This document shows positions 1 through 13,867 of a DNA stretch of 64,000 nucleotides, one piece after another (positions within the stretch are counted from its first letter, which is position 1; each line of letters opens with the position of its first letter). The position numbers were made by a program, and so were the translations under genes. The DNA is from Camelus dromedarius (taxonomy: Eukaryota). The notes below the pieces were generated by a model, which saw only the letters and a list, made by a program, of their open reading frames with translations, did not search any database and was not told where the DNA came from. The stretch covers positions 46,440,001 through 46,504,000 of the forward strand of contig NC_087447.1 of the NCBI RefSeq assembly GCF_036321535.1, read 5' to 3'.

Positions 1-46
1 TATATACTCTCAGCATCGGAACAAGGCCATTGGAATTACCATTAGT
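1..46 (-). CDS. RRM1: RRM1 exon 9, partial (runs off the window start)
   Basis: Minus strand reads tttcag|ACTAATGGTAATTCCAATGGCCTTGTTCCGATGCTGAGAGTATATA = TNGNSNGLVPMLRVY, in phase with exon 8. Confidence 0.95.
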
Positions 47-967
47 CTGAAAGAGAAACCAAGGATAAAGGCATCTGGAGAAGAAAGAGGGGGGCTCCAC
101 AAGAAGATCAAAATGGCTCAACAGTGGACAAATTATCCTCTCTTAGTCTACAAAGTTTTATCTGCTCCCTATCTTTACTTCTGCTTTGAAAATGTAATGC
201 CCACAATAAAATAAAATTTTGTTGAATAAATTACAGTGATGTACAAAGTTATTTCATGGCATCTCTAATTTACAATGAGAAATAACAATTATAAGTCAAA
301 AGAATTCAAAATCAGGATAGCTAAATTTAAACCCCACACCTTCGAAAGTAGAGTAAAAGCACTACTACAGTATCTTTTTCCCAAAATAATTCAAGGCAAC
401 TTATAGTAAGAATTATATGCAATGGATAAATCAAGACAATAAAGGTAAACGAAGATTCTCAGCAATAAGTGGATTCTAGAATGAAGATAAGAAAGTATAG
501 AAACTCCTAAGATTAGAGGATACCTCATCAAGGAAATATTAAGCTATCTTGATTGTGGTGGTGGTTTCATAGGTGTATACATCCATCAAAATTCATCAAA
601 CTATACATCTAAAATATGCGTGTGCAGTTTACAGTACAGGAATTATACCACAATAAAGATGTTTAAAAGAAAAAAAAAGAAACCTCATCAAATTTTAAAA
701 ATAATCCTTCTAACCTCAAGGCAAGCCTTTAAACAGCCTAGAAAGGTAAGTGAGCAATGGCTCACCATACTACTGGGTAATAAACACTACATAAGGAAAT
801 GGTTTTCTCCTGGACTCTTCTAACTTTATTTTACAGGGTTAGATAATTTCTTCACCTTTACAGAGGAGAAAACAAACTCAAGAGATGTAAAATAACTTGC
901 ACTAGGTACACTACTAGTAGTTAGTATCATATATACTATTTAAATTCAGGTCTTACCCAAAATCATC

Positions 968-1261
968 TTTTCTTTTTTTTTAATTGAAGTATGGTTTATT
1001 TACAATATTATGTTAGTTTCAGGTGTACAGCATAGTGATTCAGTATCTTTGAAGATTATATTCCATTATTGGTTATTAAAAGATAATGGGTATAAATCCC
1101 TGTTGCTTATCTATTTTATATATAGTGGTTCGTTAACCTCATACTCCTGATTTGTCTCTCCCTGCTTCCCCCTCCCCTTTGGTCATCACAAGTTTGTTTC
1201 CTATATCTGTGAGTCTATCTCTGTTTTGCATATACATCCATTTGTATTAATTTTTAGATTC
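968..1261 (-). mobile_element. 5'-truncated LINE-1 3' end
   Basis: Poly-T followed by the antisense L1 3'UTR (aattgaagtat...tttacaatattatgttagtttcaggtgtacagcatagtgattcag). Flanked by tacccaaaatcat / tacccaaaaccat, a probable TSD. Confidence 0.8.
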
Positions 1262-1857
1262 TACCCAAAACCATTATCTTGACTTCTGGTGAATAGTGAA
1301 CTAGAAGAGCTGGAATTTACCTCATAAAGTGCTGATGTTTAAAGCTTGAGTCCTGACTCTGACATATTAAGCGACTAATCTCTGGAAGTAATTTAACTTT
1401 CCAAGCTTCAGCTTCCTCACTTGTAAAATGAAGACAACAGTGGCTATACTCAGGAAGTTACTGTAAGGAGGAAAGTTAACTGCATCTTTAATGATATCTA
1501 TCTCATAAGGTTGTAGTAAGGGTTAAATGTGTAATTCATGTAAAACTTAAAACAGATTTAGCACATAGTATGCAATGAATAAATAATAGTTGCTATTATT
1601 GCTAAAATAAATCAGAATTCCAAAATCTGAGCAAAAACAGGATCCTAAAGATCATCTAATCTAAACCTCTAATGAGACAGATGAAAATGAGGTCAGAAGT
1701 AGTGAAATTACTCACTCCAAGTCACACAGCCAGCTAGTAATTAACAGAGATCCAGGTCTCCCAAGTCCCAGTATATGCCCTCTCAACCATAAGCCCAGTT
1801 GCTTATGGACTTGAATCCCTCTAGCCTACACATTTTTAGTCATACAACAAAGCTTAC

Positions 1858-1999
1858 CCCAGCTATGTAGCTGCCAGTAGCTCGAATACAACTCACAGCA
1901 ACACCAATTCCCCCAGCCGACTTGGAAATCAATGCACATTGCTTTAGAGTGTCATAAATGCCTTCAATGCTATCATCTTTCATACTCAGAAGGAAACAG
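1858..1999 (-). CDS. RRM1: RRM1 exon 8 (142 nt), includes redox-active Cys218
   Basis: atag|CTGTTTCCTT...GCTGGG|gtaagc. Translates to (S)[47 protein letters not shown]. Confidence 0.97.
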
Positions 2000-2569
2000 C
2001 TATGGGGGAAAAAAAGTCACAACTCAGCAAGGAAATGAAGCAACACAGAGTCAAAAAATGACTATAATCCAAAGACAGTAAGTTAGGCAAATAAAAGATT
2101 TGAAGCTTAAATTCCCAGGTGTTTTCAGAAAGGAAAAAAAGACAAAACTTTGACTGGATATAATGCAATAAGACAAATCAACATGTATTGTTTTAAAATC
2201 ACCTTGCTATCTACCCTAGATGCTAGGTCTAGAAAGAAGTCTTAGAGATAGTCTAAAATATTAGCTTACATGTTCATCAGACTGCAAATGTGTTGTTATT
2301 ACATTTTCTCATGTGAATTCCTAAGCATACTTAACATCTTTTCAACTTAGTAGTAAGCCAAGAAAAATTAAACATTTATGGAAAAAACCACCCATCCAAT
2401 AGTGAACAAAATTTGATATGTCCACCAAAACTTAGCTCCCTTACAGTCTTTTGAAGACAATTCCTCTACCTGTGCTTTGGATCTTACTCTCCTACCTCAG
2501 GAGCCTTACTCTACCCTAGATCCCTTCACTACCATGAACATACAACCAATCAAATGGATTCAATCTGTT

Positions 2570-5270
2570 GACTTTTTCTATTAAATAGTCAGACATTCAG
2601 AAAGGTATAGAGAATAATATAACATATACTTTTACTTACCACCTACCTCAAGAAATTAGACACTACAAATATAGCCTAATTACAACTGTACACATTTCCA
2701 TGCATTTCTATGTTCTTGTAGCATTTACATATGTTCTACATTTTTTAAATTTCTATTTTCACATTTATTTATCCTTCTGCAACTTGCTTTTATTTAACTC
2801 AATATTGTGTTAGAGATTCATTCCTACTGATATATATATAGGACTAGTTTATTTTCACTGCTGTAAGGTATTCCATTGTATAAATATACCAATACATCTG
2901 TCCACCTGCCTGTTGACGGACACTTGGATTATTTCCAATTTGTTTGCTATTCTAAACAATGCTGCTGTGAAAGTTCTTAAACATATCTCCCTGTGCTTAT
3001 ATCTAAGGATTTCCATAGGGTATGAAACTAGGAGAGGAATTCCTAAGTCAAAGATATGCACGTGTTCCACTTTACCAAAGATTCTCCAAAGTAAATGGGT
3101 AAGTATACTCCACCTAGCAATGTGTGAGAGTTCCCTGTGTTCCACATTCTTACCAACACTTGGTATTAACAGTCTTAATTTTTATCGATCTGTTGGGTGT
3201 GAAATATCTCATTAAGATGTTAACTTTCATTTTCCTAATTACTAGCAAAGTTTATCATCATCTAACATGTTTACTAGTCAATCAAGTTTCTTCTATGAAT
3301 TAACCCATGTTTCTGTTCAGTTTTGTGTCTTTTTCTTATAATCCTTTGATAGTTAACATACATTGCAAATATCTTCTCCCAGTCTAAAACTTTTTCACTT
3401 TGTTTTTGGTTGGCAGAAGTTTTAAATTTTAGTGTAGTCAATTTTTCCTTTATGTCGTTTGCTTATTATACCCATTTTAAGAAATCCTTCACTACTCTGA
3501 GGTCACATATATTCTCCTATTAAGATGTAGGATGAATAGCCATGATGTTTACAACTCACTTTCAAATGACTCAGCCAAAAAAAAAATTTTTTTTTAATTT
3601 TAAAGAGAAAAGTAAGAAATACAAATATGGCAAAATGTAAGTTTTTGATCTAGGCAGAGGTGGGTGTATGGGTGGAGTTCATTGTCCTTTTTTTAAAATT
3701 TTTCTGAATGTCTGAAATTCCTATTAAAAAGTTAGAGAGGAAAATATGTATTTACCTATTTTCTCAATACGTTCTTCTAAAAGATTTTACTCTCACGTTT
3801 AGATTTTTTTTCTTGAATTTATTTCCGTACATGGCACAAAGAAGGAAAATTTAATTATACTTTTCCCCATAGGATAACCAATTTCCCTAGCACTGTTTTC
3901 CCAACAAAATGCAACACTTGTTATTCATCAAGTTCCCGAATAAGCCTGAACCTCTTTGTGAGCTCTCTGTTATGTTTCAGTGGGTTTATCTGTCTATCCC
4001 AGAGGAAATATCACACTATCTCAGAGTAAATACCGTAAGTAAATACCTTAAGTATGGTATTTACTCTGGGACAGACAAACCACAGCTTTATTGTAGTCTA
4101 GGTATCTGGTAGGGCTTTTTCTTCAAAACTGTCTTGCTATTTGTATTAGGTTCCTGTGGCTGTCCTAACAAATACCACTAACTTGGTGACTTAAAATAGA
4201 AGTTTATTCTCTCACAGTTCAACATCAGTTACACTAGGCCAAAATCAAGAACATTCCTCCAGAGGCTCTAGGGGAGAACACATTCCTTGCCTCTTCCGGT
4301 TTCTGGTGGCTCCTCTGCCTGCAGTGACATCATTCCAATTTCTGCCTCCACCTTCATATTGCCTTCTTTTATTCTGCATGTGTCATATCCCCCTCAGCCT
4401 CTCTTATAAGGATATTTTTGACTGGATTCAGGGCCCAACTGAATAATTCAAGATAATCTCCCTATGTAAGTATCCTTCTTAATCATAAACACAAAGACCA
4501 TTTTTCCTTATAAAGTAACATTTACAGGTTCCAGGGATTAGGACCTGATATCGTCTGATTATTATTAGCCTTTTGCTCTTCGATACAAATTTTAGAATCA
4601 GCATGTTGAAATTCTGACTGGAATTACACTGAATCTATAGATTAGCTTGGGAAAAACTGATACTTTACAATGTTAAATCCATTTATGAATATAAAATCAC
4701 TCTCCACTTATTTATTTTTTAATGTCCTTTAATTATGTTTTAGAATTTTTTCCTTAAAAGCCTTCCACACCTTTTATTAGATTTATTCCTGGATACCTTC
4801 CAGTATTATAAATTATGTATTTCAAAACTTAATCTTCTAACAGCTAAAGTACAGAAATGCAAGTGACTAATTTATATTGAATTTATATCTAGATATTCTG
4901 CTGAAATCTCTTTTTAATTCTAATAATTTGTCTGTAGATGCTCTTGAGTTTCCTATGTAAAAATCATATAATCTGTGAATCATTACAGTTTTGGTCCCTC
5001 ATTTCCAAACTTTTATTTTCTTATCTTACAATGCTGGCTCAGGCCTCCACTACAATGCTGAAAACAGAGGTCTGATAGACCTAAGTTTTTAGTGCATATC
5101 TTTTACCAAATTAAGGAAGTTGTTTTCTGTATGTATTGTGTGAATTTTTTTATTATGAAAGCATTAAACAACATAAAACATCAGTGCAATGGATTATATT
5201 AATACACTTTTTGATGTTAGCATTTCCTTGAATTCCTGGGATAAACATATTCACGAAGAGTGTATTATTC
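2570..5270 (-). mobile_element. Old fragmented L1M-type LINE, interrupted by other insertions
   Basis: Antisense L1 ORF2 C-terminal/3'UTR motifs (gtattccattgtataaatatacc, ggacacttggattatttccaatt, gaattacactgaatctatagatt). Boundaries are approximate. Confidence 0.7.
4142..4560 (-). mobile_element. MLT1-type (ERVL-MaLR) solo LTR nested in the old L1
   Basis: Starts tgtattaggttcctgtggctgtcctaacaaataccac...gtttattctctcacagttc and contains the typical ggctctaggggagaa and acattcacagg-like motifs. Confidence 0.7.
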
Positions 5271-5865
5271 TTTTACATAGTATCAGACTCTGTTCCAGGG
5301 TTCCTTTCTCAGAAAATGGCATCACCATAAATCCTGTTGCTCTACCCACAATCTCAGGAACCATCCTTGACTCACATTCAAAACATCACCAAATTCTGTC
5401 AGTTCTACCTCCTGAATCTCAAGTCTGTCTACTTCTCTCAATCTCTACTTTCACCTCTCCAATCCAAACATCCATAATCTCTCATACAGACTACTATTAG
5501 AGTCTGCTAATTGTTGTTGGTATTTACTTAAAAAAAAAAAACCAACTTCAGATATAATTCACATATCACACAATTCCCCTCTTAGTGTTCCCCAGTTAAT
5601 GACCTTTAGTATATTCACAGAGCTGTGCCACCATCACCACAATCAAGTTTTAAATTTCATTATCAGCATTTGTCTCTCTCCAATTCATTTAGCACACTGC
5701 AGTAAGAGATCTTTCTGGAAAGAAAATCTTACTCAATCAGAGCAGGAGTGATTAAATGCTTATCGAGTTAATTCTTATATGATGAACTACTTTCTTCAGG
5801 TCAAAGCTTATTTCCCTAGTCAAAACCATCTCAGAACATTAAAAGAGACTATAGATGATACATAC

Positions 5866-6028
5866 CTAGAAAGTTGTGGGCGGTTAGTGCCAGCATTGAA
5901 GAGGGTGGGAGAGGCATGGGTAAACCACTTCTCAGAAAGAAGGTTGTAAGTTTCAATAGCAGCATCAATATCTTCTTTGTGAATCCCCACAGATACCCTC
6001 ATCAACATATGCTGTGGTCTCTCAGCCA
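5866..6028 (-). CDS. RRM1: RRM1 exon 7 (163 nt)
   Basis: ttttag|TGGCTGAG...CTTTCTAG|gtatgt. Translates to [54 protein letters not shown]. Confidence 0.97.
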
Positions 6029-6253
6029 CTAAAAGCAAAAGAGAAGTTTTCACATGATGGGACATGTCAGAAAAACTAGGCTGAGACATGTACTCGGGTC
6101 AAGAAAAGGAACATCAAAAGAGAATTAAAAATTTTTTACACCAGTAAGCAAGACAACAATTCATAAACTAAAGTTAAAAATGTTATTAGCTCCAAGCTCT
6201 ATTTTCAACACAATAAACAGAAAATATGACACACCAACATGTTCATGTCTCAC

Positions 6254-6293
6254 CTTTTCCATTGATCTTCAACAAATAGGACCGCTCCAGTGT
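6254..6293 (-). CDS. RRM1: RRM1 exon 6 (40 nt)
   Basis: ttctag|ACACTGGAGCGG...GGAAAAG|gtgaga. Translates to TLERSYLLKINGK. Confidence 0.96.
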
Positions 6294-7140
6294 CTAGAAA
6301 AAGCAAAGCAACCAAAAGACTTGTAGAGCATAGTTTTTAAAGACACTATGGATATATCACTCACAATAAGGCAATCTATTTAAGCCTTCTCAGTTTTTAA
6401 CATAATTTTAAATGAGAAGAACGGCATATTTAGTTTCACTAGCTTCAGTTTGGAACATTATTAATTGGCTATTTGTTTTGGAAAACACTGCCTGAAAATT
6501 TCTGGAAAAAGCCAGCTCTATATAAATGCATGTAATGCTAACAACAGATGCTGTGTTATTCATCACCATGTTGTAATAGTTAACATTTATGAAGTGCTTA
6601 TAACAGGTTAGGCACTCATTTAAGCAACACACACATTTCACTTAATACTCAAGAAAATTTGTTATTGAAATTTTATTATTCCCATTCTAAAGATGAGGAA
6701 ACTGAAGCACCAAGAGATTAAGTAACTTGCTAATAAGAAATGGAGTAGAGATTTGAATTCAGATGATCAGACATCAATATTGATATTCTCAATCACTACA
6801 CAATACTGTTCACCAACACAAAAGTACCTAGAAAAGCACCTGGCACATACTAAGAATTCAATAAGTTGTAGCTTAAACAGTAGAATAATATGGAATTCTT
6901 CTGGCAAAGTATGTGCATAACTTCACATAAAATTTGGAAAACTTGAAAATTGTAAATGAATAAGCTATCCTTCTTTAATTCAAACCACTACCACCACCAC
7001 CCTAACCCCGCTAATCCCTCAGGTCCATCCTAACTCCCAACAAATTACTACCTTCCTAATTGTATCACTAAAACATAAACAAAAACCTGTATTTTGTGAT
7101 TGAAGGAGGAATTCCCACTTATTTGAAACCCATTATTTAC

Positions 7141-7200
7141 CTTAAAGCCAAAGTAATTATAAGAGAAATCTCGGTCATAGATGATGGCAGAATTCAGGCG
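7141..7200 (-). CDS. RRM1: RRM1 exon 5 (60 nt)
   Basis: atcag|CGCCTGAAT...TTTAAG|gtaaat. Translates to RLNSAIIYDRDFSYNYFGFK. Confidence 0.96.
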
Positions 7201-7686
7201 CTGATGGATGTAGGGGGAAAAAAAAGTAAGATAATTAGACTTATCTTCACAAAAGTCTGCTATATTTCATCCCTGATTCTAAAACTAAAATTGACAAAGG
7301 ATACAAAAGAGATAATGCTAAGTATTATTGTTGTAAAACAGAAATCCATACCCAACGTTAAGGGAAAAAAATTATATAAATTGAGTATCCTAATTAGGTT
7401 TAAAAACATATATATTAAAAGACTAGAAGAAAACATATAAATATAAGTTGTATGTAACGAAAAATATAAATGTGACTTTCCAAACTTTCCTGATTATGTT
7501 TACAGTGCATCTCTAAAGAGGCAAAAAACATAAGCATAAAAGGGACTACATTATCATCCTTAAATATGCTTTTAGATTAGCTATTAATCCAAAAGTATTG
7601 GAACCACGCACTGACTAATACATATTTTTATTTTAAAAATTAGCCCATTTTAAACTGCACATAACTGTACAGGATAAACAATGACA

Positions 7687-7809
7687 AGGAGGAGGGTATA
7701 GCTCAAGTGGTAGAGCACATGCTTAGCATGCATGAGGTCCTGGGTTCAATTCCCAGTACCTGCATTAAAATAATTAAATAAATAACCTAATTACCTCCCT
7801 GTCAAAATC
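7687..7809 (+). mobile_element. tRNA-derived SINE, Vic-1-like (camelid)
   Basis: tRNA-like head with A box (tagctcaagtgg) and B box (ggttcaattcc), then an AT-rich tail. Exact 11-bp TSD aaacaatgaca at 7676-7686 and 7810-7820. Confidence 0.85.
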
Positions 7810-9109
7810 AAACAATGACAGAAGGTGGGATTACATTAACAGTAAGGCTCATCAAATCCATGGTCCTTTAACAGGTTCTAAACAAACTACTGCTAAGACA
7901 GTAAGATTTTATAGCAAAACTGGCCATTGTTACAGAGCTTCTGCGGCTATAAAGCCTTTTAGAAGAAAACAAAAGCAATTAGGTATGAATAATCATTTTG
8001 GATAGGGAAAATGGAGACAGTTTTTCAAAATAACTATCAGTGTTTCTGTATAGTGATCCGTCCAAGGACTTGAAAATTCGATATGAAACTCTTCCCTTTC
8101 TCTTAAATTTTTAGTGGTAACTTTGTTGCCAAAAGCAGCTAGGGGCTTTGCCTAATGGAGAACTGAAATACTGGATGAATAATACTTATTTTTTAGATAC
8201 AGATTTTTGCTGCCATTGTGTTATTTTTATTTTCCACTGTCTTCAAGATTATATATATATGAACAATATAAAAACAACTTCATTTTCTCTCAGTCTCTTT
8301 AACATAAGATACATATTTAGAGAGACAGCCAACTCATCATTCTATTACCTAAAGTTAAAACTGCTTTCTAATCTGTGCATATATCCATGGTAAATGAATC
8401 CTATGTGCAAAAGGGCTGGCTAGACTTACCCATCTTTTCCCTTCTATCTTCTGGGATGTAGTTAAGAAAGGGGTTGAAACCTAAGTGGATAATTTTTAAA
8501 TTGCTGAGCAAGGAAATCTTGCAAAATTTTTACCTGAGCGACCTTATTGGAAGTCAGTTTGGCAATGTCTACTAAAATTCTGATTGTATATACTCTGGCT
8601 CAGCAATTCCACTTAAGGGATTTGTCTTACTGATATGCTCATCTACGAGCAAAGCACTACACCATATGATATTCATTGTAACAAAAGATGGAAAACAAGT
8701 ATCATCAACTAAAGCAATTCTTACGTATACATATATGTATAATGATGATACATCTCTAGAATGGAATGCTATGCAGCTGTTAGACAGGATAGGGTAAATT
8801 CATAAATGCTAATATAGAACTACCCCTAAGATATACTCGTAAGTGAAAAAAGTGTCCACAAGAATATTATGCACAGTACATTACCACTAAGAAGAAAAAT
8901 ATATGTATTATAGAACAGCTCTGGAAAAATACATTTTAAGATGGTAAAACTTTGTTGTTTCTAGAAAGGAAAACCAGGATACAGAGAAGGAGAGAGAATT
9001 ACTTTTTATGTATGCCTTTAGTAGTGTTTAAATTTTTTTAAATGTGCTTGTTACTTTAAAAAAAAAAGAATCTATAAAAATTTTTTCATCAGAAAAGCAT
9101 TATACATAC

Positions 9110-9210
9110 ATCTTTATTGGCCAAAACAATATCCAGTGTTGGCTTGGCCACCATGGGAGAGTGTTTGCCATTATGTGGATTTATGTAGTTGAAGAGGTCT
9201 TCCATCACAT
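9110..9210 (-). CDS. RRM1: RRM1 exon 4 (101 nt)
   Basis: ttttag|ATGTGATGG...AAAGAT|gtatgt. Translates to [34 protein letters not shown]. Confidence 0.96.
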
Positions 9211-10326
9211 CTAAAAACAATACAACAGAAAATTAAAATATCAAAATCACTTCATAGCTAATAGTTTAAAACAGTGGTTCTCAGGTTCTCAACTCTTTTT
9301 TTCATCCCAGCCCACCTCAATGCCTAGCATAGAAAGCGTTCAATAAACATATACATGTTAAATAAACTTATATGGAAATATATATTTATTAGCTAAATAA
9401 GGAAACACTTCTTTGTTTGGAAACAATCTTCCAAAGTTAGAATGAGCATAGGCTCTTACAAGTTTGAAAAAGACTGCCAGATGATTCTGACACCTCGCCC
9501 CATTGAGAATTATTGGTTGAAAATAAAGAAAAAAAAATTACAACCTCTTCTCAAGTTCTTTTATCCTAAAAAAACAAACTCGACTTAAAATTCAAAATCT
9601 ATCAACCCAAGCATTTCACTTTTATAAACGCACATTTAGTTATAAACCCTCTCACTTTGCTCTTCTTCAAGACATCATAGCAGTATTTGGTCCTCTGCAT
9701 TTACATATAATACACACACACACACACAGAGCTGGCATTTTGATAAAAATTGACTTGCATCCATATATTAATTTTGGGAGAACAGGTATCTTTACAATAA
9801 ACCTACTGAAGAGGGAGATATAACGTTTAAGGCCCCACCTAACATAATCTGGAATTGAAAGCCAAAAGATTTCTACTCTCGGTCTACCAGCTGACTTCTT
9901 AAATGCCACTTTTTATAAACAAATTATTTAACCTTCCTTTGCCCACATTCCTTGAGTTGTAAAATGGAGGTGACAGAATGAAGTGTTTGCTAATGGTGAC
10001 AAAAGATTCACTGTAACATTTTGCTTAACCCAGAAATTATCAATAAATATTTTTCTTTTTTCCAACCCTGCCACCATCAAAAGCATGAAGATGGGCTTCA
10101 AAAAAAGAGAGAACAAAAAGATAAAGAAAAGTATCCACTGACTCTTCCATGCAGCAAGTCAGCAGCATGGAGAAACAGGAAGTTCTAGTCCCCACTCTGC
10201 ACTTGCACATTTTGCATTTCTGAATAAGATGTAACTTTTCTTTTGACATTCAAGGTTTCATTCTAGTACCCTTATAAATTTTCTGAGAATACTAAATTCT
10301 TTCTAACTCTTTTCCTCTAGACTCAC

Positions 10327-10504
10327 CACTGAACACTTTCTTTGTTTCTTTGTGCAAGTTAGAGACAGCAATCCTTGCTGCCAGGATGGCATAGTCAGGG
10401 TGCTTAGTAGTCAAGGTCGCAGCTGTTTCAGCAGCCAAAGTATCTAATTCCACAGTAGTGACCCCACTGTACAAGCCTTGGATTACTTTCATGGTGATCT
10501 GAGC
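10327..10504 (-). CDS. RRM1: RRM1 exon 3 (178 nt), ATP cone
   Basis: tttcag|GCTCAGATC...TTCAGTG|gtgagt. Translates to [59 protein letters not shown]. Confidence 0.97.
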
Positions 10505-12518
10505 CTGAAAAAGCAAAACCAAGAATTATTTGTGCTTTCCCAAGAACCAACAGCTTCCTTAAGAGAGCAATTAACAATCAAATTTATATCAAAATAAAAC
10601 AGACAACTTCCTTTTTTGAAAAATTACCTTTTAGAATGGTGGGCTTAGAAAATTTAGTAATGAGAATTCATAAGCCAACAGAGCTGCTATATAACGCATA
10701 CTACATATACAATGAAGAGATCATCACTAAAAATAAATACATAAAGTTTAAAAATCTAAGTAAAGCTTTTGCAAAGATTAACAGTCACACAGGGAAACAG
10801 CTGAAAACAGACCAATGATTCTTTAAGTATTTCCCCATCTTTCATTCAAATTCTCTCTACGTAATCAGGGTTGGAGCTACATACTTACCCATTTCCCCCA
10901 AATTCTATCTAAGGGCAAGTACAGGAAAGCAAATGAATCAAATTTGAATCATTCCAATGAAAGGAGATAAAGGTGTAAGTTAGAGCTGGGGCTGAGTCAT
11001 CAAGTAATTAACGACTACTCTTTCTTTAACACTTCACAAATTACCAAATATCTCAACTTTCATAATCTTCCGTGACATTTCACAATTACCTGTGAGATGG
11101 GTATAACTACCACTACCACGAGGAACTAAGGCTCAGGTCACTGGGACTTGCCCAAGGTTACTGTCTAAGTCTTCTCGCTCCATATCCCATTCAACTTCAC
11201 TGCATATCACTGTATTCAAGACCATACAGTACAAGGTATCCTTTTTTAAAAAACACATAATGCACAAGTCAGGAAAGACAAATTCTAAGTTGTATATATG
11301 TTTGTGTTTACTGAATCTTTAAAAAAAAAAAAAAAGATTAATCCAACAGAAAACAAATGCTTTTCATAGTTGACCAAAAAACATGCCTCCCTCAAAAAAG
11401 TGTGTGTAACTAATAGTTTAAAATCTATTCCAGTTACATTTTAGACCTAAGCTCAGGTTGCTCCTGATCATTTTTTTCCCAGATCCAGCAGTCATGTTCA
11501 GTAAAGAGTGGTGAAGTCTTCTAAATAGTTTCCGGTGCTACATGCCAAGTAATCAGAACTCAGAATAAAATAGCATCTGTGTGCCAGCCATGCCCTTTCT
11601 AAAAGCATACAGACTTTTTCAACTAAATCTTCCCTAAAAAGCTCGAGTCAGCTCCAGCACCCTTGCACTCTGAAATTCAGTACTGCATTAGGCATCTAAT
11701 TATATTTGTGTCAAGCGTTGTGGATATCACAAGAATAAGATACAGACCACCCACAACTCTAGGGGAGGACAGAAACATATAATTAATTTGTATGTTATGT
11801 GGTTAATGCTATGAGGCCAGCACAAGTGCTACAGTAGCACAGATAAAATACCTAAATAAGGATCGGGCAATATGGATGGGTTTAAAAAAAGGTTCTTAGA
11901 GACTCCATTTTACTAAGATCATTTTAAAAGCCATGTGGAAGATGTATCTGAAGACTGTAAGCTGAGAGGAAGACCAGGAGGACACTTTGGAGACCACTGC
12001 AGACAGCAGTCTAGATAAGGGATACTGAGGGTCTAGAGTAAAGGAGTTACAGAAGATAAGGAAAAAAGCAGCGAAACTTGTTTATGAACAGTTGGCTCTC
12101 CTTAATTCAAATGTTGGCCATGAAATCTACTTTATATTACTTTAATGTATTCTTTCTACATAGATAACAAAAAAGCAAATTTCAAACTAGAACTTCTACC
12201 CAAATGACCACAATTCCAAAATAAGCTTTACTATAGGCTTTTCCACTTACGAATAATTTACTCAAAGAAGTCTCTAACACGAAATGTTCACATCAAGTCT
12301 TCTTCTTTGCTCACTTTTATAGTTCTCTGAAAAGTCAGAACTCACAGCACAGAACAAAAATTTAGAAAAAAATGTTTTAAGCAATGAGTTCACATTTTAT
12401 ATTCAAGGCCATGAGCAAAATACCAAACCAAAATATTTACCAAGTAAGTGAAGGGCCAGAGATGAGACAAGTGAAAAAATGACGCAAGGAACCCAAGATA
12501 CAAACCCTATTTACTTAC

Positions 12519-12607
12519 AGGATCAACAAAGTCCATATTGAGTCCATAACAAAGCTTCTGGATTCGAGATGTAATTTTGTCAAACATAACTCGCTCTTGG
12601 CGGCCAT
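12519..12607 (-). CDS. RRM1: RRM1 exon 2 (89 nt), ATP cone
   Basis: ttcag|ATGGCCGCC...GATCCT|gtaagt. Translates to [30 protein letters not shown]. Confidence 0.97.
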
Positions 12608-12889
12608 CTGAAGAATCAAACCGTGTAACTCATGTTAGTACTTGTTAAGACAGCAACGTCAAAGAATCAAATGTAATCACAATGTAAATTTCTTTTAATT
12701 GGCCAACATAAAACACTAAAAGATTCAGATCCCCATGAGATTCACCAAGAGATTTTTTTTATCTTCAAAAAGTAGGAATTCTATACTGAAACTCTTCCCT
12801 TACATTATACATCAGATGGATTCCTGCAATAATTTCCCAAATGATCTGTTTCCCCCCTTGTCCCACATGACAGACAGAATTATTCTTTA

Positions 12890-13867
12890 CAAACTAATAA
12901 TAAAAAAATAAAATAACCCAATCCAAAAATGGGCAGAAGACTTAAACAAGCAATTCTCCAATAAAGACAAACAAATGGCCAATAGGCACATGAGAAAATG
13001 CTCAATATCACTAATTATCAGATAAATGCAAATCAAAACTACAATGAGATGTCATCTCACACTAGTCAGAATGACCATCACTCAAAAGTCCACAAATGAT
13101 AAATGCTGGAGAGGGTGGGGAGAAAAGGGAACCATCCTACACTTTTGGTGGGAATGTAGATTGGTGCAGCCGTTATGGAAAACAGTATGGAAATTCCACA
13201 AAAATAACAAAAATAGACTTACCATATGATCCAGCAATCCCACTCCTGGACATATATCCAGAGGGAACATTAATTCAAAAAGATATATGCACCCCAGCAT
13301 TCACAGTAGCACTAATTTACAATAGCCAAGACATGGAAACAACCTAAATGCCCACCAACAGATGACTGAATAAAGAAGTTGTGGTATATTTATACAATGG
13401 AATACTACTCAGCCATAAAAAATAATAAAATAATTCCATTTGCAGCAACATAGATGAAACTGGAGACTGTCATTCTAAGTAAAATAAGCCAGAAAGAGAA
13501 AGAAAAATATCATATGCTATCACTTATATGTGGAATCTAAAAAAAAGACACAAATGAACTTACTTACAGAACAGAAACAGAGACATATAAAACAAACTTA
13601 TGGTTACCAGTGGGGGAAGAGGGTGGGAAGGGATAAATTGGGAGTTCAAGATTTGCAGATACTAATACATATAAAATAGATAAACACCAACTTCATACTG
13701 TATAGCACAGGGAACTATATTCAATATCTTATAACTTACAGTAAAAAATATGAAAATGAATAAATGTATGTTCATGTATGACTGAAGCATTATGCTGTAC
13801 ACCAGAAACTGACACAACAATGTAAACTGACTATACTTCAGTTAAAAATATATACATATAAATATAA
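12890..13867 (+). mobile_element. 5'-truncated LINE-1 (ORF2 C-terminus and 3'UTR)
   Basis: ORF2 remnant [12 protein letters not shown]...KCWRG...[10 protein letters not shown]. Exact 14-bp TSD agaattattcttta at 12876-12889 and 13868-13881. Confidence 0.92.

Noticed and set aside
1290..1790. MIR and L2 fragments here and throughout the introns
   Set aside because: Real but routine ancient repeats. The boundaries are too uncertain to list individually.
7687..7760. Apparent tRNA gene
   Set aside because: It has an AT-rich tail, an 11-bp TSD and a poor acceptor stem, so it is a tRNA-derived SINE rather than a functional tRNA.
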